A stretch of DNA of 64,000 bases from assembly GCA_963666015.1 (NCBI GenBank), contig OY762555.1, forward strand, positions 3,375,607-3,439,606. Reading direction: 5' to 3'. Shown one piece after another: positions 9,088 through 19,152 of the stretch. Source of the DNA: an uncultured Sphaerochaeta sp. (GTDB lineage: Bacteria; Spirochaetota; Spirochaetia; Sphaerochaetales; Sphaerochaetaceae). Numbering within the stretch: position 1 is the stretch's first letter; each line of letters opens with the position of its first letter. The notes below the pieces were generated by a model that did not search any database, was not told the origin of the DNA, and saw only the letters and a program-made list of their open reading frames with translations. Both the position numbers and the translations under genes were made by a program.

Positions 9088-11427
9088 ATGTATCAGGAAA
9101 AACCGGTCAACGACCACTGGCTGTTCCGCCACGGCTTCAGCGAAGATTTTCTCGTTAGCGAAATAGACGAATCTGCCTGGCAGCAGGTCTCGCTTCCCCA
9201 TACACCCGTACAATTCGCCCCCGGGTATCATGAGGAGCAGTTTCACTGGGGACCCTACACCTACCGTAGGCATTTCTCCCTTGCCTTGACCGATTCCCAG
9301 CAGGTTTCCATCAGATTTGAAGGGATTGCAAATAAAGCAGACTTCTATGTGGATGGGGTGTTGTCTGGCAGCTGCGAGGGAGCCTATCTTCCCTACACGC
9401 TGGATTTGGGAACTCGCTCTTCTTTTACCCTTACTGTGGTTGCCTCAGGGGATGAGGATCCCTCCTTTCCTCCCTTTGGTGGGAGCATGGACTACATCTC
9501 CTTCTGTGGCATCTATAGGGAAGCAAGCCTCATCATCCGAGAGAATCGTTACTTTACCTTTCTCGGTGTGGAGAGTCACCAGACGGATTCGCTGTCGCTC
9601 AAGGGGAGGGCTGAGGCTTCGGATGGTCTGGATGTAGTGGCAACCCTGCGAGAGGGCAGTACAGTACTTGCGGAGACATCGGCAATTATTGAAATGGGTG
9701 TCTTTTCACTCAAAATGGAAGGACTGACCTTGCATCCATGGACACTGGAAGATCCCTTCCTCTACACCATTGAGGTCAAGCTTGGACAGAGCGACAAAAG
9801 AGTACTCACCTTCGGAAGTAGGAGTGCACGGTTTACCAAGGATGGTTTCTTTCTCAATGGAACTTTAATTCCACTGGTCGGGTTGAATCGTCACCAGGAC
9901 TATCCTTATCTTGGATACGCAGCCCCCCCTTCACTGCAGAGGGAAGATGCAAGCATTTTGAAAAAGCTCGGGGTGAATCTGGTCAGGACAAGCCACTATC
10001 CACAACACCCCGCATTCCTGGATGCTTGTGACCGACTGGGCTTGCTTGTCTTCGAGGAGATTCCAGGATGGCAACATATCGGGAAGGAAAAGCATTGGAG
10101 AGAGCGGTGTGTGCGGAATGTGCAAGGGATGATTGAGCGAGACTACAACCATCCATCCATCATCCTATGGGGAGTGAGGATCAATGAATCCCCTGATGAC
10201 GAGAACCTTTACCAAGAGACCAACCGCGTAGCGAGGACTCTTGACCCCCATCGTGCCACGGCAGGGGTTCGGAACTTGAAGAAGAGCCAATTCCTTGAAG
10301 ATGTGTACACATACAATGATTTCTCGTATGCAGGGAAAGGACGTCCTCTTCAAAAGAAGAGCCGGGTTTGTGAGAAAGCTGTTCCGTACATGGTGAGTGA
10401 GTTTTGCGGCCATATGTATCCCTGCAAATCGTTTGATTCCCCAAAGATGAGGGCAGAACATGCACTGCGCCATGCAAGAGTGCTTGATCAGGGTCTGGCC
10501 ACAGAGGGCCTGAGTGGGGTCATCGGGTGGTGTATGCATGACTACTTCACCCATGCCAATTTCGGAAGTGGGGACCAGATTTGTTACCACGGGGTGATGG
10601 ATATATTCCGCACCGATAAGGCTGCTGCCCACATATATCGTAGCCAAAAGAATAGCCCCTATGTTCTGTCAGTGCTTTCTTCCATGGATGGTGGGGATTA
10701 CCCGGGCGCAATGCTCCCCTCCGCAGTGATTGCCACCAATTGTGAAGAGGTCAGGTTGCGCTACAATGACCGTGTGGTAGGGGTCTTCCAACCTGAGAGA
10801 AAGATGTTTCCTCATCTTTCCCATCCACCGGTTATCATCGACGATTTCATCGGAGATCGACTACAGGCAGAACCTTACTTGAGAGAGCGGGAGAGACCAT
10901 CCCTTGCCCGTCTGCTTGGAAAAGTGGGGAGACAGGGAGGATCACTGAAAACCGGTGATCTGCTCAAGATGGGGCTATTCCTGAAAAAGCATCAACTTCG
11001 TTACCAGGATGCTGTCGATTTATTCACCAGGTATGTTGGTAATTGGGGAAGTGAGGGAGGCCTCTGGGTCTTTGAGGGATTGGTAGGAGGGAAAGTAGTA
11101 GTAACTGAGACATGCAGCCAAGGGGGCAAGCCTTCCCTCCATCTTATTGCTGACCGTTCCAATCTCAGCACAAAGGAAGCAACTTACGATATGGTCTCCG
11201 TACGCGTGGAGGTGCGGAAGGAAGGGGGGCATTTACCTTTGCCCTATGCGCATATCCCCCTCTTGGTCTCTGTCTCTGGAGTATTATCCTTGGCAACTCC
11301 TCCACAGATGAGCACCATCGGAGGTAGTGCTGTAATCTATCTACGTACCATGGGGGGGGTGGGAGAGTCTGTATTGCATGTCTCCTCTCCCGTGGGTGAC
11401 AAAACCCTCCAGTTTACGGTAGTCTAG
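9088..11427 (+). CDS. glycoside hydrolase family 2 protein (beta-galactosidase/glucuronidase-like)
   Basis: NLVRTSHYPQHP, NHPSIILWGVRINE (acid/base Glu) and SEFCGH motifs. Start at ATG 9088, preceded by GGGGAGGA. The listed 8923 start would overlap pfp. Confidence 0.75.
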   Translation: MYQEKPVNDHWLFRHGFSEDFLVSEIDESAWQQVSLPHTPVQFAPGYHEEQFHWGPYTYRRHFSLALTDSQQVSIRFEGIANKADFYVDGVLSGSCEGAYLPYTLDLGTRSSFTLTVVASGDEDPSFPPFGGSMDYISFCGIYREASLIIRENRYFTFLGVESHQTDSLSLKGRAEASDGLDVVATLREGSTVLAETSAIIEMGVFSLKMEGLTLHPWTLEDPFLYTIEVKLGQSDKRVLTFGSRSARFTKDGFFLNGTLIPLVGLNRHQDYPYLGYAAPPSLQREDASILKKLGVNLVRTSHYPQHPAFLDACDRLGLLVFEEIPGWQHIGKEKHWRERCVRNVQGMIERDYNHPSIILWGVRINESPDDENLYQETNRVARTLDPHRATAGVRNLKKSQFLEDVYTYNDFSYAGKGRPLQKKSRVCEKAVPYMVSEFCGHMYPCKSFDSPKMRAEHALRHARVLDQGLATEGLSGVIGWCMHDYFTHANFGSGDQICYHGVMDIFRTDKAAAHIYRSQKNSPYVLSVLSSMDGGDYPGAMLPSAVIATNCEEVRLRYNDRVVGVFQPERKMFPHLSHPPVIIDDFIGDRLQAEPYLRERERPSLARLLGKVGRQGGSLKTGDLLKMGLFLKKHQLRYQDAVDLFTRYVGNWGSEGGLWVFEGLVGGKVVVTETCSQGGKPSLHLIADRSNLSTKEATYDMVSVRVEVRKEGGHLPLPYAHIPLLVSVSGVLSLATPPQMSTIGGSAVIYLRTMGGVGESVLHVSSPVGDKTLQFTVV

Positions 11428-11431
11428 GCAC

Positions 11432-11977
11432 ATGTTCACCCTATATGTAGATGCGGACTCCTGTCCGCGAAATCTGAGACAGATCATACTCAAGGCGGTA
11501 ATCCGGCGTAATCTCACGGTATACTTTGTTGCAGACCGAGTGCTCAAGGATGTGGAGCAAGCCTACCAACAACATACCAATACCTTGCGAAGTGAAGCAA
11601 AAATGCAGGGAATAGATGACCAGATTGCCCTCAGGGACGTGAAAAGCCCTATCAATCAGGTGCAGGTGGAGAAGGGTGATGACAGTGCCGATGACTGGAT
11701 TGTCGACCATGCTGTACCACCTGCCCTTGCCATCACCCACGACATTCCTCTCGCTGGCCGTTTGGTAGAGAAAGGTATCACTGTACTTGATGATCGGGGA
11801 AACACGTATACCGAAGAGAACATGGCAGAGCGACTTTCCATCCGTAATGCCATGACAGAGTTCAGGGAGTTGGGTATTTTCAGTGAACAACACTCCAGGA
11901 TGAGTGGTAAGCAGACCAAGGCTTTCAGTGATTCGTTTGATGCATTGCTTACCAGTATGCTGAAGCAATATACCTGA
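11432..11977 (+). CDS. YaiI/YqxD family protein (UPF0178/DUF188)
   Basis: N-terminus MFTLYVDADSCPRNLRQIIL, and a ...DIPLAGRLVEKGITVLDDRGNTYTEENM... block typical of the family. Confidence 0.8.
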   Translation: MFTLYVDADSCPRNLRQIILKAVIRRNLTVYFVADRVLKDVEQAYQQHTNTLRSEAKMQGIDDQIALRDVKSPINQVQVEKGDDSADDWIVDHAVPPALAITHDIPLAGRLVEKGITVLDDRGNTYTEENMAERLSIRNAMTEFRELGIFSEQHSRMSGKQTKAFSDSFDALLTSMLKQYT

Positions 11978-11996
11978 ACTGCCCTCTTAGGAGGAC

Positions 11997-12554
11997 ATGA
12001 ACCATGAAACAATCTTACTCTACCGCAACGCCTTTGAACGGGAAAGGATGCTGAGTCGACTGGCAGGGTATCCCCAGCTGAGACTACATGCACACCGTCT
12101 TGGTACTGAATCCCCAGAAATTGAGATGAGAAACTGTATCTGCTACTGCTCGGACCTTCCCTCGGTTGTGCAGATGAAGAGGATGTTACCGTCTAAGAAC
12201 CTTCTCATCTTTTGTCCGAAATCAATGAAAATGATGTGTTCCTTGCTGGAAGACCAGTACACAATTGTACTCTCTCTTACCTGTAGTGAGCCACTGCTGG
12301 AGATGATGCTGGGGAGATTTCTCTCCGCTCCCCATCCTCATGACGGAGTCAATGAACATCCAGCTGTTCTGACCAGGCGGGAACATCAGGTGCTTACCCT
12401 TATGGTGAGTGGCCAGGAAACCCGTCAGATTGCCTCTCTCCTGGGTATCAAGGTGTCGACAGTCATCGCACATAAGAAGCATCTGTTCCTCAAGAGTGGG
12501 GTGCATACTACCAGCCAATTGATTGTCTGGGCATTGTTCTCGCTTTATCAATAA
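11997..12554 (+). CDS. LuxR-family transcriptional regulator (C-terminal HTH; N-terminal receiver-like region)
   Basis: C-terminal LTRREHQVLTLMVSGQETRQIASLLGIKVSTVIAHKKHLFLK, a GerE/LuxR HTH. AGGAGG lies upstream. Confidence 0.75.
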   Translation: MNHETILLYRNAFERERMLSRLAGYPQLRLHAHRLGTESPEIEMRNCICYCSDLPSVVQMKRMLPSKNLLIFCPKSMKMMCSLLEDQYTIVLSLTCSEPLLEMMLGRFLSAPHPHDGVNEHPAVLTRREHQVLTLMVSGQETRQIASLLGIKVSTVIAHKKHLFLKSGVHTTSQLIVWALFSLYQ

Positions 12555-12576
12555 AAAAGGCGGCTTATGCCGCCTT
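12551..12576 (-). terminator. rho-independent terminator of asnS, between convergent genes
   Basis: On the minus strand: AAGGCGGC-ataa-GCCGCCTT followed by TTTTTTAT. Confidence 0.65.
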
Positions 12577-12580
12577 GTCC

Positions 12581-13969
12581 TTAGAAGTCTGCCAGTTTTG
12601 GAGCCCTTGGGTAGGGTATGACATCCCGGATATTTCCCATCCCTGTGACGTACTGCACCAAGCGCTCAAATCCAAGGCCGAAGCCGGCGTGAGGTACTGT
12701 ACCGAATCGTCTCAGATCAAGATACCACCAGTAATCATCAGGATTGAGATCCAGTTCTTCCATGCGTTTGGTCAAGATGTCCAGATCTGCTTCACGTTCA
12801 CTGCCGCCGATGATCTCACCCAGGCGGGGTACCAGTACATCCATGCCCCGCACTGTCTTCCCATCCTCATTCAGCTTCATGTAGAAAGCCTTGATTTCCT
12901 TGGGATAGTCGGTCACAATCACTGGTCGTTTGCATATTTCTTCGGTAAGGAACTTCTCGTGTTCACTCTGCAAATCGCTGCCCCAGGAGACGGGGAATTC
13001 AAACTTGTCATTGTGCTTGGAAAGTTCCTCAATCGCCTCAGTGTAGGTCAGGTGGGCAAACGGTGTCTCCACGATCGACTTGAGCGTTTCCTGTACCCCT
13101 GATTGTACAAACTTGCTGAAGAAAGCCATATCTTCTGTACACTCCTCCAGCACGGTCTTGAACAGGTATTTGAGGAATTCCTCAGCCAGCTCCATATTTC
13201 CTTCAAGCGTACAGAAAGCCATTTCAGGTTCAACCATCCAGAACTCAGAGAGATGTCGCTTGGTGTTGGAATTCTCTGCTCTGAAGGTAGGACCAAAGGT
13301 GTAGATGTTTTTCAGTGCCATTGCATAGGTTTCACCCTCAAGCTGCCCACTTACGGTAAGATAGGCTTCACGGCCAAAGAAGTCCTTCGTGTAATCAATC
13401 TTTCCATCTTCGCTGCGGGGAATGTTGTCCATGTCCAGGGTGGTGACCAAAAACTGCTCACCGGCTCCTTCACAATCACTTGCACTGATGATCGGGGTAT
13501 TCACATAGGAGAACCCATGTTCTTGGAAAAAAGTGTGGACAGCATAGCTCAAGGTATTTCTAACACGCGCTACTGCACCAAACATGTTGGTTCTCGCTCT
13601 CAGGTGGGCAATCTCACGAAGATACTCGATGGTATGCCGTTTTTTCTGGAGAGGGTAGGTATCCACCGGACAGGGGCCCACTACCTGTACGTCAACAGTA
13701 GCCATCTCAACTGCTTGGTTACCCCCTGCGCTTGCAACGATTGGGCCCTTGCAGATAACTGAACAACCGGTGGTGATATCGTTGAGTATGGAGAGGTCAG
13801 GAAGCTGCTCCTTGTCGATGACAACCTGCAGTCCCTTCAGACACGAACCATCATTAACCTCAAGGAAGCATACATTCTTACTGTCGCGCTTGGTCCTTAC
13901 CCAGCCTTCTGCCACAACAAATTCAGCCTGAGGTTCTCTCTTGAGCAATGTAGATATTCGTTCTTTCAT
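12581..13969 (-). CDS. asnS: asparagine--tRNA ligase
   Basis: Class II aaRS motif 3 [15 protein letters not shown], plus an N-terminal OB-fold region. Start at the second ATG (13969), preceded by AAGGAGAG. The ORF could instead start at 13990. Confidence 0.9.
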   Translation of the reverse strand: MKERISTLLKREPQAEFVVAEGWVRTKRDSKNVCFLEVNDGSCLKGLQVVIDKEQLPDLSILNDITTGCSVICKGPIVASAGGNQAVEMATVDVQVVGPCPVDTYPLQKKRHTIEYLREIAHLRARTNMFGAVARVRNTLSYAVHTFFQEHGFSYVNTPIISASDCEGAGEQFLVTTLDMDNIPRSEDGKIDYTKDFFGREAYLTVSGQLEGETYAMALKNIYTFGPTFRAENSNTKRHLSEFWMVEPEMAFCTLEGNMELAEEFLKYLFKTVLEECTEDMAFFSKFVQSGVQETLKSIVETPFAHLTYTEAIEELSKHNDKFEFPVSWGSDLQSEHEKFLTEEICKRPVIVTDYPKEIKAFYMKLNEDGKTVRGMDVLVPRLGEIIGGSEREADLDILTKRMEELDLNPDDYWWYLDLRRFGTVPHAGFGLGFERLVQYVTGMGNIRDVIPYPRAPKLADF

Positions 13970-14128
13970 GGAAAAGTCTCTCCTTATCATAATAGGGCAT
14001 TATGATTTGTTTCCCTATAAAGAGTCAATAATGATGACATTTCTCGTAGTTTTGGCTCTGCTTGAGAGATTTCTCCTAGGTGTAGGAAATATAAAGAGAA
14101 AGGTTGTAGATATATTTATTTTGACAGA

Positions 14129-14157
14129 TTGACAAATAATGAAAATGTGTTTATATA
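14129..14157 (+). promoter_or_regulatory. candidate sigma70-type promoter for the acyl-CoA ligase gene
   Basis: TTGACA (14129-14134), a 17-nt spacer, then TATATA (14152-14157), in an AT-rich divergent intergenic region. Confidence 0.4.
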
Positions 14158-14185
14158 GTAGATAGTACCATACACGGAGGTAACT

Positions 14186-16105
14186 ATGTATAAGACCATA
14201 CCACAAATATTTGCAGAGGTTGTTACACAATATCCCGCATACACCGTTCAGATGAGCAAGGACAAAAACGGCGTTTTTCAGTCGATCTCCTATTCTGATC
14301 TCTATAGTGAAGTGAACAGCTTGGCTGCCAGCCTAATGGATCATGGTGTCAAACGCGGAGATCTGGTTGGCCTGATCAGTGACAACCGCCGTGAATGGCT
14401 CGCCAGCGATTTGGCTATTCTCAGCCTGGGGGCTGCTGATGTTCCCCGTGGTCGGGATGCAATGCCCTATGAAGTAAGTTTCATTCTCTCTGTAACTGAA
14501 GCATCATTCTGTTTTGTAGAGAATGCGGTACAGTTACGCAAGATTCTCAACATCAGCGAAAATCTTCCTGCATTGCAACACTTGATCGTCATGGATCGCG
14601 AGTTTACTCATCAACAACGTGATGAGGCTGCATCCACCACCAAGATTGAGATTCTCTGTTATCAGGATCTCGTTGATGAGGGTAGGGCACTCCTTGATGA
14701 TCATGCGATGGCAAAAAAGGTAGAGAATGAACGAGCCAAAGGGGACAGTGAGGAGATTGCAACAATTATCTTTACCAGTGGTACCACTGGTGACCCGAAG
14801 GGGGTCATGCTTACCCATGCAAACTTTGCTTACCAGCTGGATGCTGTTCCCAAGTTGATCGAAAGGTTTGCACCTGGTCAGCGCTGGCTCAGTGTTCTTC
14901 CCGTCTGGCACTCTTTTGAACGAATTCTACAGTATGTCATTATTGGCAACGCATCAACAGTTGCCTACTCCAAGCCGCTGGGCTCAATCCTGCTCGCTGA
15001 CTTGGCGCTTGTGAATCCCCATTGGATGGGTTCTGTTCCCCGTATATGGGAAGCAGTAAAGGCTGGAGTATTTGCCAGTATGAAGAACAAGAGCCCCGTT
15101 GCAAAAGGGTTGTTCTCCTTCTTTATCAAGGTTGCAAGTGTGTACAGCAGAAGTAGGGACTTAGTACTCGGAGAGGTTGCTACATTCAAGAAGCGCAGCC
15201 GCATCCTTGATGTATCAATAGGACTTCTGCCGATGGTGTTGCTCTACCCACTCTATAAAGCTGGAGACCATCTGGTATTTTCTAAGGTTAAGCAGAAACT
15301 GGGCAAGAATTTCATTGCCGGTGTCAGTGGTGGAGGCTCGCTCAGTGCAGGGGTGGATATCTTCTTCGCCTCAATCGGGGTGAAGTTGCTTGACGGGTAT
15401 GGACTGACAGAGAGTGCCCCTGTGGTAGCGGTGCGTCCTCTGCTCCATGGGGTTAAGCGTACGGTAAGTCCACTTGAAGGAACCGAAGTACGTATTGTCA
15501 CTGAGCAAAACCAGGAAGCAAAGCCCGGTGAGAAAGGCATCGTCATGGTTCGTGGGCCACAGGTGATGAAGGGCTACTACAAGCGTCCTGATCTTACCCG
15601 ATTGGTCTTGGATGAGAATGGTTGGCTTAACACCGGTGACCTAGGTATTTGGACCCACCGCGGTGAGTTTGCTCTCAGCGGAAGGGCAAAGGATACCATC
15701 GTCCTGGCAGGTGGTGAGAACCTTGAACCGGTACCCATCGAGGCAAAACTCTGTGAGAGTGAGTTCATTGAACAAGCCATTGTACTGGGGCAGGACAAGA
15801 AGTATCTGGGAGCCTTGATCGTGCTTAACAAGCAACGCATTGAGGAGTACCTCAAGGAGAAGGAAATCCCTTACCTCGCCGATAAGGTGTATCAAATGCA
15901 GGAAGTGAGAAGCCTGATTGAGCAAACAATCGGAGATATCATCAACAGTAAACATGGTTTCAAGAGTTTCGAGCATATCGTTCGCTTCCGCCTCCTCTCC
16001 AAGAGCTTTGAGGTGGGTAAGGAACTGAGTGCAAAGCAGGAACTAAAACGCTTTGAGATCAACCGCCTCTATCAACGTGAGATTGATGAGCTCTTCGTGA
16101 GTTGA
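14186..16105 (+). CDS. long-chain-fatty-acid--CoA ligase (AMP-binding enzyme)
   Basis: AMP-binding motifs IIFTSGTTGDPKGVMLTH, GYGLTE, TGDLG. 639 aa. Confidence 0.8.
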   Translation: MYKTIPQIFAEVVTQYPAYTVQMSKDKNGVFQSISYSDLYSEVNSLAASLMDHGVKRGDLVGLISDNRREWLASDLAILSLGAADVPRGRDAMPYEVSFILSVTEASFCFVENAVQLRKILNISENLPALQHLIVMDREFTHQQRDEAASTTKIEILCYQDLVDEGRALLDDHAMAKKVENERAKGDSEEIATIIFTSGTTGDPKGVMLTHANFAYQLDAVPKLIERFAPGQRWLSVLPVWHSFERILQYVIIGNASTVAYSKPLGSILLADLALVNPHWMGSVPRIWEAVKAGVFASMKNKSPVAKGLFSFFIKVASVYSRSRDLVLGEVATFKKRSRILDVSIGLLPMVLLYPLYKAGDHLVFSKVKQKLGKNFIAGVSGGGSLSAGVDIFFASIGVKLLDGYGLTESAPVVAVRPLLHGVKRTVSPLEGTEVRIVTEQNQEAKPGEKGIVMVRGPQVMKGYYKRPDLTRLVLDENGWLNTGDLGIWTHRGEFALSGRAKDTIVLAGGENLEPVPIEAKLCESEFIEQAIVLGQDKKYLGALIVLNKQRIEEYLKEKEIPYLADKVYQMQEVRSLIEQTIGDIINSKHGFKSFEHIVRFRLLSKSFEVGKELSAKQELKRFEINRLYQREIDELFVS

Positions 16106-16189
16106 CACGATTCTGCAAACTGTCTGGTTTCTTGCCTTTTTACCCTGTCTACTATACTATGAAGATGTATAGAGACGACAGGGGAAGGC

Positions 16190-16525
16190 ATGATTCAGAT
16201 TATCGGAACGAAAAAATGTAAAGAAACAGCGAAAGCAATCAGGAGCTGCAAAGAACGTAGCATCGCCTTTCAGTTTGTTGACTTGAGCCAACGCACACTC
16301 TCCGAAGGGGAGTGGCGTTCGCTTCTTGGCACATATACAGCTGAAGCGTTGATTGATGAGTCTAGTGCCTATTATACAAAAGAAGGCTATGCATGGAGAA
16401 GCTTTGATGCTGCCCAGGAGTTGGCAGAGCATCCTCAGTTGCTTAAGACTCCAGTACTTCGCTATAAGGGCAAGGTTCACCTAGGCTATGATCCAGCAGT
16501 ACTTGCTGCATGGGGAACGCTTTAA
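16190..16525 (+). CDS. ArsC/Spx-family thioredoxin-fold protein
   Basis: MIQIIGTKKCKETAKAIRSCKERSIAFQFVDL... has the N-terminal Cys pattern and the size (111 aa) of ArsC/YffB-like proteins. Confidence 0.7.
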   Translation: MIQIIGTKKCKETAKAIRSCKERSIAFQFVDLSQRTLSEGEWRSLLGTYTAEALIDESSAYYTKEGYAWRSFDAAQELAEHPQLLKTPVLRYKGKVHLGYDPAVLAAWGTL

Positions 16526-17301
16526 TGGTTCAGTATGCCATTCTGGGCAGTGGGTCCAGTGGAAACAGTTATCTTTTCACCGATGGTACCGTCTCCATCT
16601 TGATTGACCAGGGGTACAGTGTTGTGGAGCTTTCAAGACGTCTGTCTCAATTCTCCGTGCCACTTTCTACCGTTCAGGCGGTATTCCTCACCCATCTCCA
16701 TCCTGACCATGCCCGTGGTGTCGGAGTACTATCCCGGAAACTACCCATACCTGTCTATGCCCACGATCGTATGGTTGCTGAGCAACCGCTGGTAATCGAG
16801 AAGTTGGGTATCCCAGAGGGAAATCTGCAGACAGTGTGTACATCGGAACTTGTTACAGTCGGTTCTTTCTCCCTGTTCTGTTTCGATACAAGTCACGACA
16901 GCAGTGGTTCTGTTGGTTGGTATATTACCCACCAGGATACCCATTACATGGTATTAACCGATACGGGTATCACCAGCGAGCAACAGATGATGCTTGCAGA
17001 GGGTGCTACATTCCTATTTCTGGAAGCGAATTATGATGAACAGATGTTGAAAACCGGCCCCTACCCAGCAATGCTTAAACGGAGGATTTCCGGTAATCTG
17101 GGGCATCTGTCCAATGAACAAGCCTTGCAGTTCCTCTGTGAGAGTGGCTTCAAGGGTGAACATGTCTATTTCATCCATCTCTCTGAATGTAATAATGATC
17201 CTGTGATTCTGGAAAAAGTAGCTCAGTCCAAGACTGACCTTCCCTTTACTGTATGCAGGAAAAATCAGTGGTATGGACCAAAAAACGAGGTGCATTTATG
17301 A
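16525..17301 (+). CDS. MBL-fold metallo-hydrolase
   Basis: HLHPDHARG (HxHxDH) motif. ATG 16525 overlaps the upstream stop (TAATG). An alternative ATG lies at 16510. Confidence 0.75.
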   Translation: MVQYAILGSGSSGNSYLFTDGTVSILIDQGYSVVELSRRLSQFSVPLSTVQAVFLTHLHPDHARGVGVLSRKLPIPVYAHDRMVAEQPLVIEKLGIPEGNLQTVCTSELVTVGSFSLFCFDTSHDSSGSVGWYITHQDTHYMVLTDTGITSEQQMMLAEGATFLFLEANYDEQMLKTGPYPAMLKRRISGNLGHLSNEQALQFLCESGFKGEHVYFIHLSECNNDPVILEKVAQSKTDLPFTVCRKNQWYGPKNEVHL

Positions 17302-19106
17302 AGAAAAAACAAGCAGAAGTATGGTCCTTGAAGAGAATAAAAAAACTCAAGCGTGAAGATGGTCTTACCATGAAGACCGTGAACAAGTATACAATGGACG
17401 CAGTGGTTGACTGTACATCCAGCCGAAATGGGGACGGGATTGCCTTACGTACCTACCGTGAGGAGGGTAGTGAGATTACCTATGCCCAGTTGAAGTTGAT
17501 GAAGGATGCCATTTCCATTACCCTCCTCGAGGCTGGATTCTCCCGTGGGGATAAGATTGCCATCATGGGAGAGAGCTGCCCTACTTGGATGGTTGCCTAT
17601 TTCGGTATCACCTCCATCGGATGTGTAGCTGTTCCGATCCTTCCCGATTTTTCGGCCAAGGAAACCACCCAGATCCTTGAACATGCAGGGGCGAAAGGTG
17701 TTGTCATTAATGCCAAGCATTTCGAGAAGGCAAAAGGGTACGTCCATGCTAATGGCACCTATCTGGTGAGGATGGAAGACCTGTTCCACATCCCCTCATC
17801 CATCGTGCAAGGGCTGGAGGACAAGACTCAGTTTGCAGCCGCACCTGGCAAGGATATAAGCCGTAGAAAGATAGATGAGAAAGGAAGGAAGCTTCGAGAA
17901 GCTTCCCTTGCTCAGGAAGATGATCTGGCCTCCCTGATTTATACCAGTGGCACCACCGGCAGCAGCAAGGGAGTGATGCTCACCCATAAGAATCTTGTAT
18001 GGAATGCTGATATATCGACTGATGTGTATGTAGATCTCAATCACAAGTCCAAGGTGCTCTCAATATTGCCCGTAAGCCATGTCTATGAGTTTACCACCGG
18101 ACAAATATTGGAGCTCATGTGTGGTTGTGAAATTGTATATCTGGGCAAGCCGCCGGTTACATCGATCCTGCTTCCCGCGCTCAAGGACGTCAAGCCGACG
18201 ATTGTGATGACTGTCCCCTTACTTATCGAAAAGGTATACCGAAGCGCCGTGCTTCCTGTTACCAAGGGTAACGAAAAGATCAAGAAATGGATGCGTTACT
18301 CCTTTACCCGCAAGTTGATCAGCAAGGCAATTGGTAGAAAACTGAAGATGACCTTTGGTGGACACATGAAGTTCTTCGGTATTGGCGGGGCTCCACTTGA
18401 CCGAGAGGTAGAACAATTCCTTGCTGATGCAAAGTTTCCCTATGCCATAGGCTACGGGCTTACCGAGACAGCTCCCCTGATTGCTGGTGGGAAACCCAAG
18501 AAACACTATGTTGGGGTCATCGGGAAATTGGTTGAACATGTTGATGTGAAACTGGCCGACCCTGATCCGGAAACCGGTGTGGGAGAAATCTTGGTGAAGG
18601 GCCCGAATGTCATGCAGGGATACTACGACAATCCTGAGCTGAACAAGGCAAGCTTTACCGAGGACGGATATTTCAGGACAGGAGATCTGGGACACCTGGA
18701 CAAGAACGGTCGACTTTCCATCAAGGGAAGGACCAAGACCATGATTCTGGGTAGTGGAGGGGAGAATATCTACCCGGAGCTGATCGAGTCGGTAATAAAC
18801 AATCAGGATTTTGTCACTGAATCATTGGTTATCCCAGAACAAGGTGGCTTGGCTGCGTTGATCAAGATTGACGTTGAGGCTTTTGCCAGCAAGATGGCAT
18901 TGAATGTCAATGAGGCAAAGGATGAAGCCCTGAAATATGTCGCAAAAATCCGGGAGGATGTGAATAAGGAATTGAGTGCTTTCAGCCGACTCAGCAGTGC
19001 TGAGTTGCAGGAAGAGCCGTTCCAGAGAACACCGACCCAGAAGATCAAGCGATTTCTGTACTCCAGAGGAAAGGATGATACAGCAAAGGAAGCCGAAAAG
19101 GGTTGA
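17298..19106 (+). CDS. long-chain-fatty-acid--CoA ligase (AMP-binding enzyme), second paralogue
   Basis: LIYTSGTTGSSKGVMLTH, GYGLTETAP, TGDLG. ATG 17298 overlaps the upstream stop (ATGA). Confidence 0.8.
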   Translation: MKKKQAEVWSLKRIKKLKREDGLTMKTVNKYTMDAVVDCTSSRNGDGIALRTYREEGSEITYAQLKLMKDAISITLLEAGFSRGDKIAIMGESCPTWMVAYFGITSIGCVAVPILPDFSAKETTQILEHAGAKGVVINAKHFEKAKGYVHANGTYLVRMEDLFHIPSSIVQGLEDKTQFAAAPGKDISRRKIDEKGRKLREASLAQEDDLASLIYTSGTTGSSKGVMLTHKNLVWNADISTDVYVDLNHKSKVLSILPVSHVYEFTTGQILELMCGCEIVYLGKPPVTSILLPALKDVKPTIVMTVPLLIEKVYRSAVLPVTKGNEKIKKWMRYSFTRKLISKAIGRKLKMTFGGHMKFFGIGGAPLDREVEQFLADAKFPYAIGYGLTETAPLIAGGKPKKHYVGVIGKLVEHVDVKLADPDPETGVGEILVKGPNVMQGYYDNPELNKASFTEDGYFRTGDLGHLDKNGRLSIKGRTKTMILGSGGENIYPELIESVINNQDFVTESLVIPEQGGLAALIKIDVEAFASKMALNVNEAKDEALKYVAKIREDVNKELSAFSRLSSAELQEEPFQRTPTQKIKRFLYSRGKDDTAKEAEKG

Positions 19107-19152
19107 GCCTCATCGCTGAGACGTGGTATACCTTCCCAAAGGAATAATCAGC

